Source: Oscillospiraceae bacterium (GTDB lineage Bacteria > Bacillota > Clostridia > Oscillospirales > CAG-272). From it: a DNA stretch of 64,000 nt. Location of the stretch: the NCBI GenBank assembly GCA_015065295.1, contig SVQN01000004.1, positions 3,047 through 67,046 of the forward strand. Reading direction: 5' to 3'. A program made the translations under genes and the position numbers. Positions 1 through 10,093 of the stretch are shown one piece after another. The notes under the pieces were generated by a model. The model saw nothing but the letters and a program-made list of their open reading frames with translations. It did no database searches and was not told the DNA's origin. Numbering within the stretch: the first letter of the stretch is position 1; each line of letters opens with the position of its first letter.

Positions 1-380
1 TCGCTGGTGCTGGTCAGCTGGGTAACTGCGATCAGTGCGGGACGGGTGCCGTCGGGTCTGGTCAGACCTTCGAGAGCCGCTTCCATCATCGCACGTCCGC
101 CGGCTGCGTGGAGGTTGGTCATGTCAACGTCGAGCTGGGACAGAACTGCCATCGTCTTCTTGACGGTGTTCGGAATGTCGTGGAGCTTCAGGTCGAGGAA
201 GATCTTGTGGCCGCGTCTCTTGATTTCGCGCACGATTTCCGGACCTGCTGCGTAGTACAGTTCCATACCGATCTTGCAGAACGGCTTTCTGGGTTCGCCT
301 TCAAACTTGTCCAGGAATGCGTAGGTAGCTTCTGCGGACGCAAAGTCGCAGGCGATGATAACGTCTCTCTTCATATCCAT
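1..380 (-). CDS. pyrF: orotidine 5'-phosphate decarboxylase, N-terminal ~126 aa (gene runs off left edge)
   Basis: Hand translation of the minus strand from ATG 380-378 gives [26 protein letters not shown]...[20 protein letters not shown], with the PyrF DLKxHDIPNT signature. It is absent from the ORF track because it is truncated. The ATG overlaps the pyrD stop (TAATG). Confidence 0.85.
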   Translation of the reverse strand, partial: MDMKRDVIIACDFASAEATYAFLDKFEGEPRKPFCKIGMELYYAAGPEIVREIKRRGHKIFLDLKLHDIPNTVKKTMAVLSQLDVDMTNLHAAGGRAMMEAALEGLTRPDGTRPALIAVTQLTSTS

Positions 381-1291
381 TAGTGTGCACCTCCGATGAT
401 ATCACTCAGTTTTTCAATTCCGTATTTTTCCATAACGCCGGGGAGATTTTCAATAATATCCTTACAGATATAGGGGTTCACAAGGTTTGCCGCGCCGACT
501 TCAACCGCAGCAGCACCGGCGAGCATCATTTCGATCACGGATTCCGCGGACGATACGCCGCCCATGCCGATGATCGGAATCTTGACCGCTTCGTATACCT
601 GATATACCATGCGTACCGCAATCGGGAAGATCGCGTCGCCGGAGAAACCGCCCATTTTGTTGGCGATGATCGGCTTTTTCGTCTTCAGGCTGATCCGCAT
701 ACCGAGCGCGGTGTTGATCATCGCAATGCCGTCCGCACCGGCTTCTTCACACGCCAGCGCGATTTCGACGATGTTCGTTACGTTCGGAGTCAGCTTGACG
801 TACAGCGGCTTGTCTGCAACCGCCTTGACCGCGCGGGTGACTTCCGCCGCCATTTCGGGGGTCGTGCCGAAGCCCATGCCGCCGCCGTGAACGTTCGGAC
901 AGCTGATGTTCAGCTCGATCAGACCGATCTGATCGCAGCCTCTCAGCTTTTCCACACAGTGTACATATTCTTCCACGGAGAATCCGCCGATGTTCGCTAT
1001 AACCGGCTTGTGGAAGTATTTTTTCATCTCGGGAAGCTCAACCGCGAGGACGTGGTCGATGCCGGGGTTCTGCAGACCGACGGAGTTAATCATGCCGGCG
1101 GTGCATTCCGCGATACGGGGCGTCGGATTGCCGAACCGTGCGTCGCGGGTCGTACCCTTGAAGGAGAAACTGCCGAGAATGTTGATGTCGTAGAGTTCCG
1201 CGAATTCCTTGCCGAATCCGAACGTGCCGGATGCGGGGATGATCGGATTGTCCAGAGTCAGACCGGACAGAGTTACTTTCAGATCAGCCAT
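380..1291 (-). CDS. pyrD: dihydroorotate dehydrogenase B, catalytic subunit
   Basis: 303 aa with a class-1B DHODH pattern ([33 protein letters not shown]). A GGGAGG RBS precedes it. It lies 1 nt after the pyrK stop. Confidence 0.93.
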   Translation of the reverse strand: MADLKVTLSGLTLDNPIIPASGTFGFGKEFAELYDINILGSFSFKGTTRDARFGNPTPRIAECTAGMINSVGLQNPGIDHVLAVELPEMKKYFHKPVIANIGGFSVEEYVHCVEKLRGCDQIGLIELNISCPNVHGGGMGFGTTPEMAAEVTRAVKAVADKPLYVKLTPNVTNIVEIALACEEAGADGIAMINTALGMRISLKTKKPIIANKMGGFSGDAIFPIAVRMVYQVYEAVKIPIIGMGGVSSAESVIEMMLAGAAAVEVGAANLVNPYICKDIIENLPGVMEKYGIEKLSDIIGGAH

Positions 1292-1292
1292 C

Positions 1293-2039
1293 TCACTTTG
1301 CCTCCCAGAGAATGTCGTTTTTCATGAGGATCGGACCGTCCTTGCAGATGCGCTTGTAGCCCGTGATGGTCTTGCAGGAGCATCCCATGCACGCGCCGAA
1401 GCCGCAGCCCATGCGTTCTTCAAAGGAGAACTGTCCGTCGGTTCCTTCGGGAGTCGTACGCCATACGGCTTTCAGCATCGGTTCCGGACCGCAGGTGCAG
1501 ACGTGCGTATAGGTCATGTCCTGCATGGCCGTGGTGACAAAGCCCTTGATGCCCATGGAGCCGTCTTCGGTCGCTACGGTCAGTTCCGCGCCGAGTGCCT
1601 TGAATTCGTCGCAGAGGATCGCGTCGTCTGCCGTACGGAAGCCGCAGATGACCTTGACCTTCTTGCCTTCCGCAACGAGAGTCTTTGCGAGGAGGTAGAG
1701 CGGAGGAACGCCGACACCGCCGCCGACGAGAACGGGTTCATCGCCGGTCAGGGATGTGTCATATCCGTTGCCGAGGCCGGTGAGAACGTCGAGCTTCACG
1801 CCCGCGCCGTAAGCGGCCATCTGTTCGGTGCCTTCGCCGACCACCTTGTAGATGATGGTCAGTTCGTCCCCGTTCACGTCGCAGACGGAGATCGGACGGC
1901 GGAGGAACTTGCCTTCGAGGAGAATATTCACGAACTGACCGGGACGGGTGATGTCCGCGGTATCCCCCGTGAGCACCATTTTGTAGGTGTCACGGGCGAT
2001 TTTTACGTTGGACTGTATTTCAAAAATTGTCTGTTTCAT
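1293..2039 (-). CDS. pyrK: dihydroorotate dehydrogenase electron-transfer subunit
   Basis: 248 aa with a ferredoxin-reductase-like fold and a C-terminal 2Fe-2S Cys cluster (CGFGACMGCSC). It sits between carB and pyrD. Confidence 0.9.
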   Translation of the reverse strand: MKQTIFEIQSNVKIARDTYKMVLTGDTADITRPGQFVNILLEGKFLRRPISVCDVNGDELTIIYKVVGEGTEQMAAYGAGVKLDVLTGLGNGYDTSLTGDEPVLVGGGVGVPPLYLLAKTLVAEGKKVKVICGFRTADDAILCDEFKALGAELTVATEDGSMGIKGFVTTAMQDMTYTHVCTCGPEPMLKAVWRTTPEGTDGQFSFEERMGCGFGACMGCSCKTITGYKRICKDGPILMKNDILWEAK

Positions 2040-2055
2040 GATGATTCGGATACCC

Positions 2056-5000
2056 TTATTCGTTGATGGTGGAGATGCCCATCGTTACTTCTTCGAGAAC
2101 GTCGAGGAGAACCTTGACGGTGTCGAGAGCGGTGAACATCGTTACGCCGTTTTCAACCGCGCACTGACGGATTTCGTGACCGTCGGACAGAACGCCGGTG
2201 GAGCCGTAGTCACGGGTATTGATGACGTAGGTGACATAGCCCTGACGGATGGAATCGAGGATTTCTTCGCTTCCTTCGATGATCTTCTTGCGGGTTCTGG
2301 TGCGGATGCCGTGTTCCTTGAGGAACTGTGCGGTACCGTGGGTTGCTTCGATGTTGAAGCCCATGCGGTAGAAGCGTTCGATCAGCGGGAGAGCTTCTTC
2401 CTTGTCCTTGTCCGCAACGGTGACGAGCAGGGTACCGTAGTTGACAACCTGCATACCGGATGCCTGAAGTGCCTTGTAAAGCGCGCGGGTCATCTTCTTG
2501 TCGTAGCCGATTGCTTCGCCGGTGGACTTCATTTCGGGAGAGAGGTATGCGTCGAGACCGCGCAGCTTGGAGAAGGAGAATGCGGGAGCCTTGACGTACC
2601 AGCGATCCTTTTCCTTCGGGTAGATTTCGGTGATGCCCTGTTCCCGCAGCGAGACGCCGAGGATTGCAAGGGTACCGATGTCCGCGAGGCTGTAGCCGGT
2701 GGACTTGGAGAGGAAGGGAACGGTTCTGGAGGAACGCGGGTTGACTTCGATGACGTAGACGAAGTCGTTGGAGTCAACGATGAACTGGATGTTGTAAAGA
2801 CCGACGATGCCGATGGAAAGACCGAGCTTCTTGGTGTAGTCGAGGATGGTGTCCTTTGCCGCCTGCGAGATCGAGAAGGTCGGGTAAACGGAGATGGAGT
2901 CACCGGAGTGAACGCCCGTACGTTCAACAAGTTCCATGATGCCGGGTACGAAGACATCCGTACCGTCGCAGACTGCGTCTACTTCGACTTCACGGCCGAC
3001 AATGTACTTATCCACAAGAACCGGACGGTCTGCGTCGAGCGCAACGGCGGTTTCGAGGTAGTGACGGAGCATTTCTTCGTTGGCAACGATCTGCATTGCG
3101 CGGCCGCCGAGAACGAAGGAAGGACGTACGAGAACCGGATAACCGATGCGGGCTGCGGTCTTGACGCCGTCTTCGATGTTGGTGACGGCCTGGCCGGTCG
3201 GCTGGGGGATGCCCTGTTCCTTGAGGAGCTTTTCGAATGCGTCGCGGTTTTCCGCACGGTCGATCGCTTCCACGCTGGTGCCGATGATGTTGACGCCGCG
3301 CTTCTGGAGACCTTCCGCAAGGTTGATCGCGGTCTGACCGCCGAGACCTGCGATAACGCCGTACGGCTTTTCCAGGTCGATGATGTTCATAACGTCTTCG
3401 ATGGTCAGCGGTTCAAAGTAGAGCTTGTCGGAGCAGGTGTAGTCGGTGGAAACGGTTTCGGGGTTATTGTTGATGATAATGGCTTCGCAGCCGCTGTTCT
3501 TGATGGTCATGACCGCGTGAACGGTGGAGTAGTCGAACTCAACGCCCTGACCGATACGGATCGGGCCGGAACCGAGAACGATGATCTTCTTGCGGTCGGA
3601 TACGACGGATTCGTTTTCGTCCGCGTAGGTGGAATAGAGGTAGGGGATGTAGGATTTGAATTCGGCTGCACAGGAGTCGATGGTTTTGTAAACCGGACGG
3701 ATGTCCTGTTCGCGGCGGAAGTTCCATACAGCGTCTTCGGTGGTATTCCAGAACTTTGCAACCGCGCGGTCGGAGAAGCCGTACTTCTTGACGTAGCGGA
3801 GAACTTCGGCATCCATCGGATGGTCGGCTGCGAGCTTTTCGAGTTCGACGATGTGACGGATCTTTTCGATGAACAGCATATCGATCTGGGTCGCGTCGCA
3901 GATGAGACCGGCGTCGATCTTGCGGCGGAGGAGTTCCGCGATGGCATAGATGCGGTCGTCCGTACCTACGGTAATGTAGGAGAGAAGATCATCGGTGGAG
4001 ATGTTGTCGAACTTGGGCAGGTGCATGTGGTACGCGCCGATTTCGAGGGAACGGATTGCCTTGAGAAGGCTTTCTTCCAGACTGCGGCCGATGGACATGA
4101 CTTCGCCGGTCGCCTTCATCTGGGTGGAAAGGCTGTTGTTTGCGTCGGAGAACTTGTCGAACGGGAAGCGCGGCATCTTGGTGACAACGTAGTCAATGGA
4201 CGGCTCGAAGCACGCCGGTGCAGATGCGAGCTGGATTTCGTCGAGGGTCAGACCGATGGCGATCTTTGCGGTAACGCGTGCGATTGGGTAGCCGCTGGCC
4301 TTGCTTGCGAGAGCGGAGGAACGGGAAACACGCGGGTTGATTTCGATGAGGTAGTAGTCGAAGGACTGCGGGTCGAGAGCGAACTGGACGTTGCAGCCGC
4401 CTTCGATACCGAGCTTGCGGATGATCTTCAGCGCGGAGTCGCGGAGAAGGTGATATTCTTTATTGGTGAGCGTCTGGCTGGGCGCGACAACGATGGAGTC
4501 CCCGGTGTGGATGCCGACGGGGTCGATGTTTTCCATGGAGCAGATGGTGATCGCGGTGTCGTTGGAGTCGCGCATGACTTCAAATTCGATTTCCTTGTAG
4601 CCCTTGATGCTCTTTTCCACAAGAACCTGGCTGACCGGAGAGAGCTTCAGCGCATTCTTGAGGAGCGGGAGAAGTTCTTCATCGTCGGAAGCGAAGCCGC
4701 CGCCGGTACCGCCGAGGGTGAATGCGGGACGGAGAACGACCGGGAAGCCGATTTCGTGAGCCGCCGCGATGCCTTCTTCGAGGGAGTTTGCGATGAGAGA
4801 GGGAAGAACGGGTTCGCCGATTTCCTGGCAGAGTTCCTTGAAGAGTTCACGGTCTTCCGCCTTTTCGATGCTTTCCGGAGGCGTACCGAGCAGTTCGGTC
4901 TGGCATTCGCGGAGGATGCCCTTCTTGGCGAGCTGCATTGCAAGGTTCAGACCGGTCTGACCGCCGATGCCGGGGATGATTGCGTCCGGACGTTCGTAGC

Positions 5001-5235
5001 GGATGATCTTCGCAACGTATTCGAGGGTCAGGGGTTCCATGTAGATCTTGTCCGCAACGGACGGGTCGGTCATGATGGTTGCGGGGTTGGAGTTGACGAG
5101 GATGACTTCGCAGCCTTCTTCGCGGAGTGCGAGACAAGCCTGAGTTCCGGCGTAGTCAAATTCCGCCGCCTGACCGATGACGATCGGACCGGAACCGATC
5201 ACCATTACTTTTTTGATATTCTCTTTCTTCGGCAT
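2056..5235 (-). CDS. carB: carbamoyl-phosphate synthase large subunit
   Basis: 1059 aa. The N-terminus MPKKENIKKVMVIGSGPIVIGQAAEFDYAGTQA is typical of CarB, and the ATP-grasp halves are duplicated. Confidence 0.97.
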   Translation of the reverse strand: MPKKENIKKVMVIGSGPIVIGQAAEFDYAGTQACLALREEGCEVILVNSNPATIMTDPSVADKIYMEPLTLEYVAKIIRYERPDAIIPGIGGQTGLNLAMQLAKKGILRECQTELLGTPPESIEKAEDRELFKELCQEIGEPVLPSLIANSLEEGIAAAHEIGFPVVLRPAFTLGGTGGGFASDDEELLPLLKNALKLSPVSQVLVEKSIKGYKEIEFEVMRDSNDTAITICSMENIDPVGIHTGDSIVVAPSQTLTNKEYHLLRDSALKIIRKLGIEGGCNVQFALDPQSFDYYLIEINPRVSRSSALASKASGYPIARVTAKIAIGLTLDEIQLASAPACFEPSIDYVVTKMPRFPFDKFSDANNSLSTQMKATGEVMSIGRSLEESLLKAIRSLEIGAYHMHLPKFDNISTDDLLSYITVGTDDRIYAIAELLRRKIDAGLICDATQIDMLFIEKIRHIVELEKLAADHPMDAEVLRYVKKYGFSDRAVAKFWNTTEDAVWNFRREQDIRPVYKTIDSCAAEFKSYIPYLYSTYADENESVVSDRKKIIVLGSGPIRIGQGVEFDYSTVHAVMTIKNSGCEAIIINNNPETVSTDYTCSDKLYFEPLTIEDVMNIIDLEKPYGVIAGLGGQTAINLAEGLQKRGVNIIGTSVEAIDRAENRDAFEKLLKEQGIPQPTGQAVTNIEDGVKTAARIGYPVLVRPSFVLGGRAMQIVANEEMLRHYLETAVALDADRPVLVDKYIVGREVEVDAVCDGTDVFVPGIMELVERTGVHSGDSISVYPTFSISQAAKDTILDYTKKLGLSIGIVGLYNIQFIVDSNDFVYVIEVNPRSSRTVPFLSKSTGYSLADIGTLAILGVSLREQGITEIYPKEKDRWYVKAPAFSFSKLRGLDAYLSPEMKSTGEAIGYDKKMTRALYKALQASGMQVVNYGTLLVTVADKDKEEALPLIERFYRMGFNIEATHGTAQFLKEHGIRTRTRKKIIEGSEEILDSIRQGYVTYVINTRDYGSTGVLSDGHEIRQCAVENGVTMFTALDTVKVLLDVLEEVTMGISTINE

Positions 5236-5239
5236 TGTC

Positions 5240-6328
5240 TTACTCTCCCTTCATGAGTGCAATGAATTGATCGAACAGGTAATCGCTGTCCTGCGGGCCG
5301 GGATTGCTTTCCGGATGATACTGTACGGAGAACACGCGGTCTGCGGGGCAGGAGAGCCCTTCGATGGTGTTGTCGATAACGTTGACATGGGTGATCGTCA
5401 TGGTGTCCGCGATGCTTTCGGGATTGACGACGCACGCATGACCCTGCGAGGTGATTTCAATCTTGCCGGTCGCAAGGTTTCTGACGGGGTGATTGCCGCC
5501 GTGATGACCGAACTTGAGCTTGGTCGTGGTCGCGCCGTACGCCTTGGCGATGATGAGGTGGCCGAGGCTGATACCGAAGACCGGAACCTTGCCGCGGAGT
5601 TCGCGGACGGTTTCCACAACGGGCTTGACATCGTCGGAGCTGCCGGGGCCGTTGGAGATCAGTACGCCGTCCGGCTTCATCTTGAGGATTTCAAAAGCGG
5701 TGGTGTTCCACGGAACCACGGTTACATTGCAGCCGCGTTCGTTGAGTGCGCGGATGATGCTGGTCTTGATGCCGCAGTCCACGGCAACGACGTTGTACTT
5801 GTGGTTTGCGGTGCGGGAGTACCACTTCTTGCGGCAGCTTACGCGCATCACCTGATCGTGCGGGATCGGGGTGCAGGCGATTTTTTCGAGAGCTTCTTCG
5901 GTGGGAAGATCAATGTCCACGATGATGGCACGGCAGACGCCGTTGTCACGGATGTGGCGGGTCAGCGCGCGGGTGTCGATGCCTTCGATGCCCGGAATGT
6001 CGAAGTCTTCCATGACTTCGGAGAGGGTCTTGGTGTAGCGGAAATTGGAAGGCTGGTCATTGTATTCGCTGACCACCAGGCCGCCGAGGGTCGGAACCTT
6101 GGATTCAAAATCCTCGTCCGTGATCCCGTAGTTGCCGATGAGCGGGTAGGTCATGACGGCGATCGCGTCGGTGCAGGACGGATCGGAGATCATTTCCTGA
6201 TACCCGACAACAGCCGTATTGAAGAAAAGTTCACAGGCGTGTTCGGTCTTGGCACCGAAGCCGCGTCCGGGATATACCGAACCGTCTTCCAGAACCAGTT
6301 TTCTGTTGAGTGTCATTTTGTCAGCCAT
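5240..6328 (-). CDS. carA: carbamoyl-phosphate synthase small (glutaminase) subunit
   Basis: 362 aa with a CPSase small-chain N-domain and a class-I GATase domain (GISLGH, QYHPE). GGAGG RBS. It lies directly upstream of carB. Confidence 0.95.
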   Translation of the reverse strand: MADKMTLNRKLVLEDGSVYPGRGFGAKTEHACELFFNTAVVGYQEMISDPSCTDAIAVMTYPLIGNYGITDEDFESKVPTLGGLVVSEYNDQPSNFRYTKTLSEVMEDFDIPGIEGIDTRALTRHIRDNGVCRAIIVDIDLPTEEALEKIACTPIPHDQVMRVSCRKKWYSRTANHKYNVVAVDCGIKTSIIRALNERGCNVTVVPWNTTAFEILKMKPDGVLISNGPGSSDDVKPVVETVRELRGKVPVFGISLGHLIIAKAYGATTTKLKFGHHGGNHPVRNLATGKIEITSQGHACVVNPESIADTMTITHVNVIDNTIEGLSCPADRVFSVQYHPESNPGPQDSDYLFDQFIALMKGE

Positions 6329-7572
6329 ACTGTTTTACCTCCGCATACTGTCAGTTTGCATTTTCCGTAAACTTTTTCACCGGCAAAGGGGGTCGCATGA
6401 CCCATCGAGAGGAAATCCGCCGGATCAATGGTATATTCTTCGTTCAGGTCGAAGACCGTGAAGTCATTTTCGTTTTTGGGGAGACCGAAGCGTTCTCTGG
6501 GAGCGTCCGTCATCATGTGAACGATGCGTTCCAGCGGGACGATGCCGGTCTTTACAAGTTTGGTATAAAGGATGGGGAACGCGCATTCGAGTCCCACCAC
6601 ACCCATCGGGCTTTTTTCGAGTCCGCGCGACTTTTCTTCATCGGAATGCGGCGCGTGGTCGGTGGCGATCATGTCGATCGTGCCGTCGAGAACCCCTTCG
6701 ATGAGCGCGTCGCGGTCGGCTTTTGAGCGGAGCGGCGGGTTCATCTTGAAGCGTCCGTCTTCGATGAGGTCGTCGTCGGTGAGGGTCAGGTAGTGCGGCG
6801 CGGTTTCGCAGGTCACGTCCACGCCGTTTTTCTTTGCTTCACGGATCAGCGCGACGGCTTCCTTCGTGGAGATGTGGCAGACGTGGTACTTTACCCCGGT
6901 TTCCGCCGCCAGCTTCAGGTCGCGTTCGATCTGCTTCCATTCGCTTTCGGAGCAGATGCCGCGGTGACCGTGCGCTTTGGCGTATTCCCCGTCATGGATG
7001 TAGCCGCCGAAGAGCAGGTCGTTTACTTCGCAGTGCGCCGCGATGATTTTGCCGAGCTTTTTCGCTTCGAGCATCGCTGCACGCATCATGTCATCGTTCT
7101 GCACGCCGCGTCCGTCGTCCGAGAACGCGCAGACGTCGGGAGCCATCGCCGCAAGGTCTGCCATGTCGATCCCCATTTCGCCGATGGTGATTGCACCATA
7201 CGGATGAACATGGATGACCGCATTGTCGCGGATTTTGCCGAGCTGCTCGCCGAGATGTTCCGCAGAATCGGGAACGGGCTTCAGATTCGGCATGGAGCAG
7301 ACGTCGGTATAGCCGCCGTGAGCAGCCGCACTGGTTCCTGTGGCAATCGTTTCCTTATAAGAAAAGCCCGGCTCACGCAGATGAACATGCACATCAGCGA
7401 AACCGGGAAACAAAACGGAACCACGAATATCAATTTTTTCGGAAACGTCAGAAAACGCATCAGAACCAGCGTCCGACACGGGAAGTACACGGGAAGAAGT
7501 TTCGGAAACGAGAACAAACACGTCATCCATGACGCCGTTTCTGTACGCTTTTCCTCCGGTAAGAAGAGTCAT
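6313..7572 (-). CDS. pyrC: dihydroorotase
   Basis: Amidohydrolase metal motif DVHVHLREPG. The ORF track starts at TTG 7593, but AAGGAGG lies 6 nt before ATG 7572 (MTLLTGG...), so I prefer 7572. The 3' end overlaps the carA start by 16 nt. Confidence 0.9.
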   Translation of the reverse strand: MTLLTGGKAYRNGVMDDVFVLVSETSSRVLPVSDAGSDAFSDVSEKIDIRGSVLFPGFADVHVHLREPGFSYKETIATGTSAAAHGGYTDVCSMPNLKPVPDSAEHLGEQLGKIRDNAVIHVHPYGAITIGEMGIDMADLAAMAPDVCAFSDDGRGVQNDDMMRAAMLEAKKLGKIIAAHCEVNDLLFGGYIHDGEYAKAHGHRGICSESEWKQIERDLKLAAETGVKYHVCHISTKEAVALIREAKKNGVDVTCETAPHYLTLTDDDLIEDGRFKMNPPLRSKADRDALIEGVLDGTIDMIATDHAPHSDEEKSRGLEKSPMGVVGLECAFPILYTKLVKTGIVPLERIVHMMTDAPRERFGLPKNENDFTVFDLNEEYTIDPADFLSMGHATPFAGEKVYGKCKLTVCGGKTVWLTK

Positions 7573-7741
7573 AAGAACCTCCTTGAACTTCAATCACACA
7601 ATTCGTATTCGTACCAGAAACCGACCGATTCCGACCGGTTTTTCCATAAAAAAAGGGGATCGTCCTACACGCTGATATTCCGATTTCCATCGACCGTCCC
7701 GGCGAGTTTCTGTGTACCCATAGTATCTCTTAATTCAAGTT

Positions 7742-7771
7742 ATTATACCATAAATCATACAGGAAGGTCAA
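7742..7771 (-). promoter_or_regulatory. Putative promoter of the pyr operon
   Basis: Minus strand: TTGACC-18 nt-TATAAT, ~165 nt upstream of the pyrC start. Confidence 0.4.
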
Positions 7772-7883
7772 TAGTGAACATGAGAAATTTTCGGGAAGAT
7801 GTACCGGAATTTTTGATCGGTTCCTACAAAGGGAAAAAACAGAGGAAAATCCCGGGGAATTTTCCTCTGTTGAAATACCATTT

Positions 7884-9017
7884 TCAGCCAAATAACCGCT
7901 TGTAGATATCGGACATTTCGCCGCGTGTGATGACGTAGGGGCTGTTTGCGTAGTTGCCCGCGTCCGCGACACGGTCGATGAGTTCTTCGCGTTCCGCAGC
8001 GTCGATTTCGAGGTCGAGCAGACCGCTCATTTCGGGAATGCGGCGGATCATGTCGTCGGCGGTGGTGCCGAGATGTGCGGCGAGCTTTTCGATTTTTTCT
8101 TCGCCGGCGGAGGTCAGCAGATTGTAGCGGAGGTACGCGCCTTCAAAAATCGCGCACGCTCTGCCGTGGGGGATGCCGCGCGTCAGGGTCAGGCTGTAGC
8201 CGAGGGGATGCGGGAATCCGGTGCCGGTGTAGTCGATGGCAATCCCGGCGGCGCAGGAAGCGTTGGTGAGCTTTTCGCGCTGAACCTTGGTGAATCCGCC
8301 CGCGTCACGTTCGCCGTCCGTGTACATTCCGTTGAAGAGAACATCCCAGATTTCGTGTGCGGCGTACAGCGCAGCTTCTTCGGAAACGGCGGTGGACTTG
8401 GGAGAGAGATACGATTCGATGGCATGAGCGAGTGCGTCCAGCGCGGTGGAAACGGTGTAGTTTTCGTCAAGGGATGCGGTATACTTCGCGGAAACGAACG
8501 CATCCTTCGCATACGCGGACGAAGCCTTGAAGGTCTTTTTCTTCGCGCCGTCGGCAATCGTCAGAACGGAATAGCGGTTGACTTCGCTGCCGGTTCCGGC
8601 GGTCGTCGGGATGGCGATCAGCGGAAGACCGTCGGCGGTACGCTTGGAATCATCGAAAATATCCATAACGCCGCAGGACGGATTGGCTGCGTACGCCGCG
8701 ATGGCCTTTGCCGCGTCCAGTGCGGAACCGCCGCCGATGGCGATGACAAAATCACAGCCTTCGGTACGGGCAAGTTCGCCGCCTTCGTGACAGAGCGGTG
8801 CCGGCGGATTTTCGGGAATGACCGGGAAGCGGACGTAAGTCGCACCGACAGAAGCGAGAGCGGCGGCAACGTCGTCCATCGCGCCGCAGAGATCAGCGGA
8901 ACGGCGGCCGGATACAACGAGCGCACGGCGTCCGAGGCCGGCAAAGAGCGAAGCATTTTCGGTTACGCAGTTCTCACCGGTGAGAACAGTAACCGGCTTG
9001 TGAGCAGAAAAATCCAT
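7884..9017 (-). CDS. iron-containing (group III) alcohol dehydrogenase
   Basis: 377 aa with GGGSALDAAK and Fe-ADH His motifs. GGAGG RBS. Confidence 0.85.
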   Translation of the reverse strand: MDFSAHKPVTVLTGENCVTENASLFAGLGRRALVVSGRRSADLCGAMDDVAAALASVGATYVRFPVIPENPPAPLCHEGGELARTEGCDFVIAIGGGSALDAAKAIAAYAANPSCGVMDIFDDSKRTADGLPLIAIPTTAGTGSEVNRYSVLTIADGAKKKTFKASSAYAKDAFVSAKYTASLDENYTVSTALDALAHAIESYLSPKSTAVSEEAALYAAHEIWDVLFNGMYTDGERDAGGFTKVQREKLTNASCAAGIAIDYTGTGFPHPLGYSLTLTRGIPHGRACAIFEGAYLRYNLLTSAGEEKIEKLAAHLGTTADDMIRRIPEMSGLLDLEIDAAEREELIDRVADAGNYANSPYVITRGEMSDIYKRLFG

Positions 9018-9223
9018 GATTTCCTCCGGGGAATCTATAAAAAATAAAGTATTTTCTGGTAAGTACAGGAAATAAATTTCAGCCTGATAAGTGTATCATA
9101 CTCCCCCGGTCCGGCGCAAGAGCAATTTCGTGGATTTTTCCGGAGGCGGAATACCGGACGATTGTAGGAAATTACAAGGTTTTGTGAAAATCCGTAAAAA
9201 AACGTGAGTTCGATGGAATTCTC

Positions 9224-9276
9224 GGGGAAAACTTTTTTGAAAAAAAGTTTTCCCCGAACCCCTTTCAAAAAACTTC
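9224..9276 (+). repeat. Rep-1 copy A1 (hairpin + tail)
   Basis: GGGGAAAACTTTTTTGAAAAAAAGTTTTCCCC-GAA-CCCCTTTCAAAAAACTTC. Confidence 0.9.
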
Positions 9277-9350
9277 AAACTGGGTAAAATGATAAAGTTT
9301 GTGCAGATTTTTTGTTGGATTTGCACCGCACCTTGTTGATTCATTTGTCT

Positions 9351-9404
9351 GAAAGTTTTTGAGGTGGGGTTTGGGGAGGAACTTTTTTCAAAAAGTTCCT
9401 CCCC
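9351..9404 (-). repeat. Rep-1 copy A2 (inverted relative to A1)
   Basis: GAAAGTTTTTGAGGTGGGGTTTGGGGAGGAACTTTTTTCAAAAAGTTCCTCCCC. The stem variant GGGGAGGAAC/GTTCCTCCCC stays complementary. Confidence 0.85.
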
Positions 9405-9418
9405 ATCGAACTCACGTT

Positions 9419-9450
9419 AAAAAAGGCACCGCCGGAACAGCGATGCCTTT
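9419..9450 (-). terminator. Rho-independent terminator of the 9460-10044 gene
   Basis: Minus strand: GGCATCG-9 nt loop-CGGTGCC followed by T6. It lies 10 nt after the stop. Confidence 0.75.
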
Positions 9451-9459
9451 GAAATCCGT

Positions 9460-10044
9460 TTAACGGAAGCGTTTTTTGATTTCTTCCAGATCGTGAAGAA
9501 CCTTTTTGCAGACGTGCAGAACATACCCGGAAATCATCAGCCCGACGGAGCAGAGAATCACGGGAATGCTCATCCCGCCGATCACGATTTCCAGGATCAG
9601 TGCTGCCGCTCCGATCAGAATCAGCGCGCACATTACAACGGTCAGCAAGCCGCCGTAGGGTTCGCGGTGCAGATCGAGCGGTTCGTCCACGGGCAGCTCC
9701 ATCTGCGGAAGCGCGAAGGAATCGTCCTGCGGGAACAGCTCTTCCGCGAGTTTCGCCGGTTCTGCGTCCCGTGCGGCGGCAGCTTTCACAGCTTCACGTT
9801 CCTCGCGTTCGCGGAGCTTTTGACGGTCGTGCAGTTCACAGATTTTCAGGAGGTATTCCATCCCCTTGTCCGTCACACCGGCGTTCCGCAGATTTTTTTC
9901 GTTGGAAAGCAGACGGCGCGTGGAGGACGATGTGGATGCGTCCATGAATTTGATGAACGGGAGCATGAACTTTTTGCAGCTGTCGCAGAGTCGGGTCTTG
10001 TCGCCGGACGGAATGTCACATCCACAGTTATAGCATTTCGGCAT
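9460..10044 (-). CDS. hypothetical membrane protein with N-terminal zinc ribbon
   Basis: 194 aa. It has CxxC...CxxC at the N-terminus (CYNCGC...CDSC), a charged coiled middle and two C-terminal TM helices. GGAGG RBS. No family recognised. Confidence 0.6.
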   Translation of the reverse strand: MPKCYNCGCDIPSGDKTRLCDSCKKFMLPFIKFMDASTSSSTRRLLSNEKNLRNAGVTDKGMEYLLKICELHDRQKLREREEREAVKAAAARDAEPAKLAEELFPQDDSFALPQMELPVDEPLDLHREPYGGLLTVVMCALILIGAAALILEIVIGGMSIPVILCSVGLMISGYVLHVCKKVLHDLEEIKKRFR

Positions 10045-10093
10045 GGGAAAACCTCCTCATTCATAAGATTTCTGTCAGCGGATGTTCGCCTGT

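Larger units (their letters stand above)
9196..9424. repeat. Composite inverted-repeat unit (A1 + 74-nt core + A2) bounded by a 15-bp outer IR
   Basis: The outer IR ACGTGAGTTCGATGG (9202-9216) / CCATCGAACTCACGT (9403-9417) is perfect. It is flanked by A-runs on both sides. Confidence 0.8.

Noticed and set aside
1987-5256. Very long antisense ORFs opposite real genes. Examples: 1089 aa opposite carB; also 383-1327, 10082-11944, 13104-14789, 22829-24367, 24435-26489, 35512-36846, 43541-45637, 50086-52221 and 61886-63838.
   Set aside because: Their composition is low-complexity and rich in Gly/Val/Asp/Arg/Ala, as is typical of the reverse frame of high-GC3 genes. They lack RBSs and recognisable motifs. 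In every case the opposite strand encodes a protein with clear family signatures.
7573-7741. PyrR-type attenuator or other riboswitch in the ~165-nt pyr leader. A T7 run lies at 7648-7654 on the minus strand.
   Set aside because: No PyrR-binding loop (CCAGAGAGG-like) is present. I could not fold a convincing GC hairpin immediately upstream of the U-run. No pyrR gene is present in the window.
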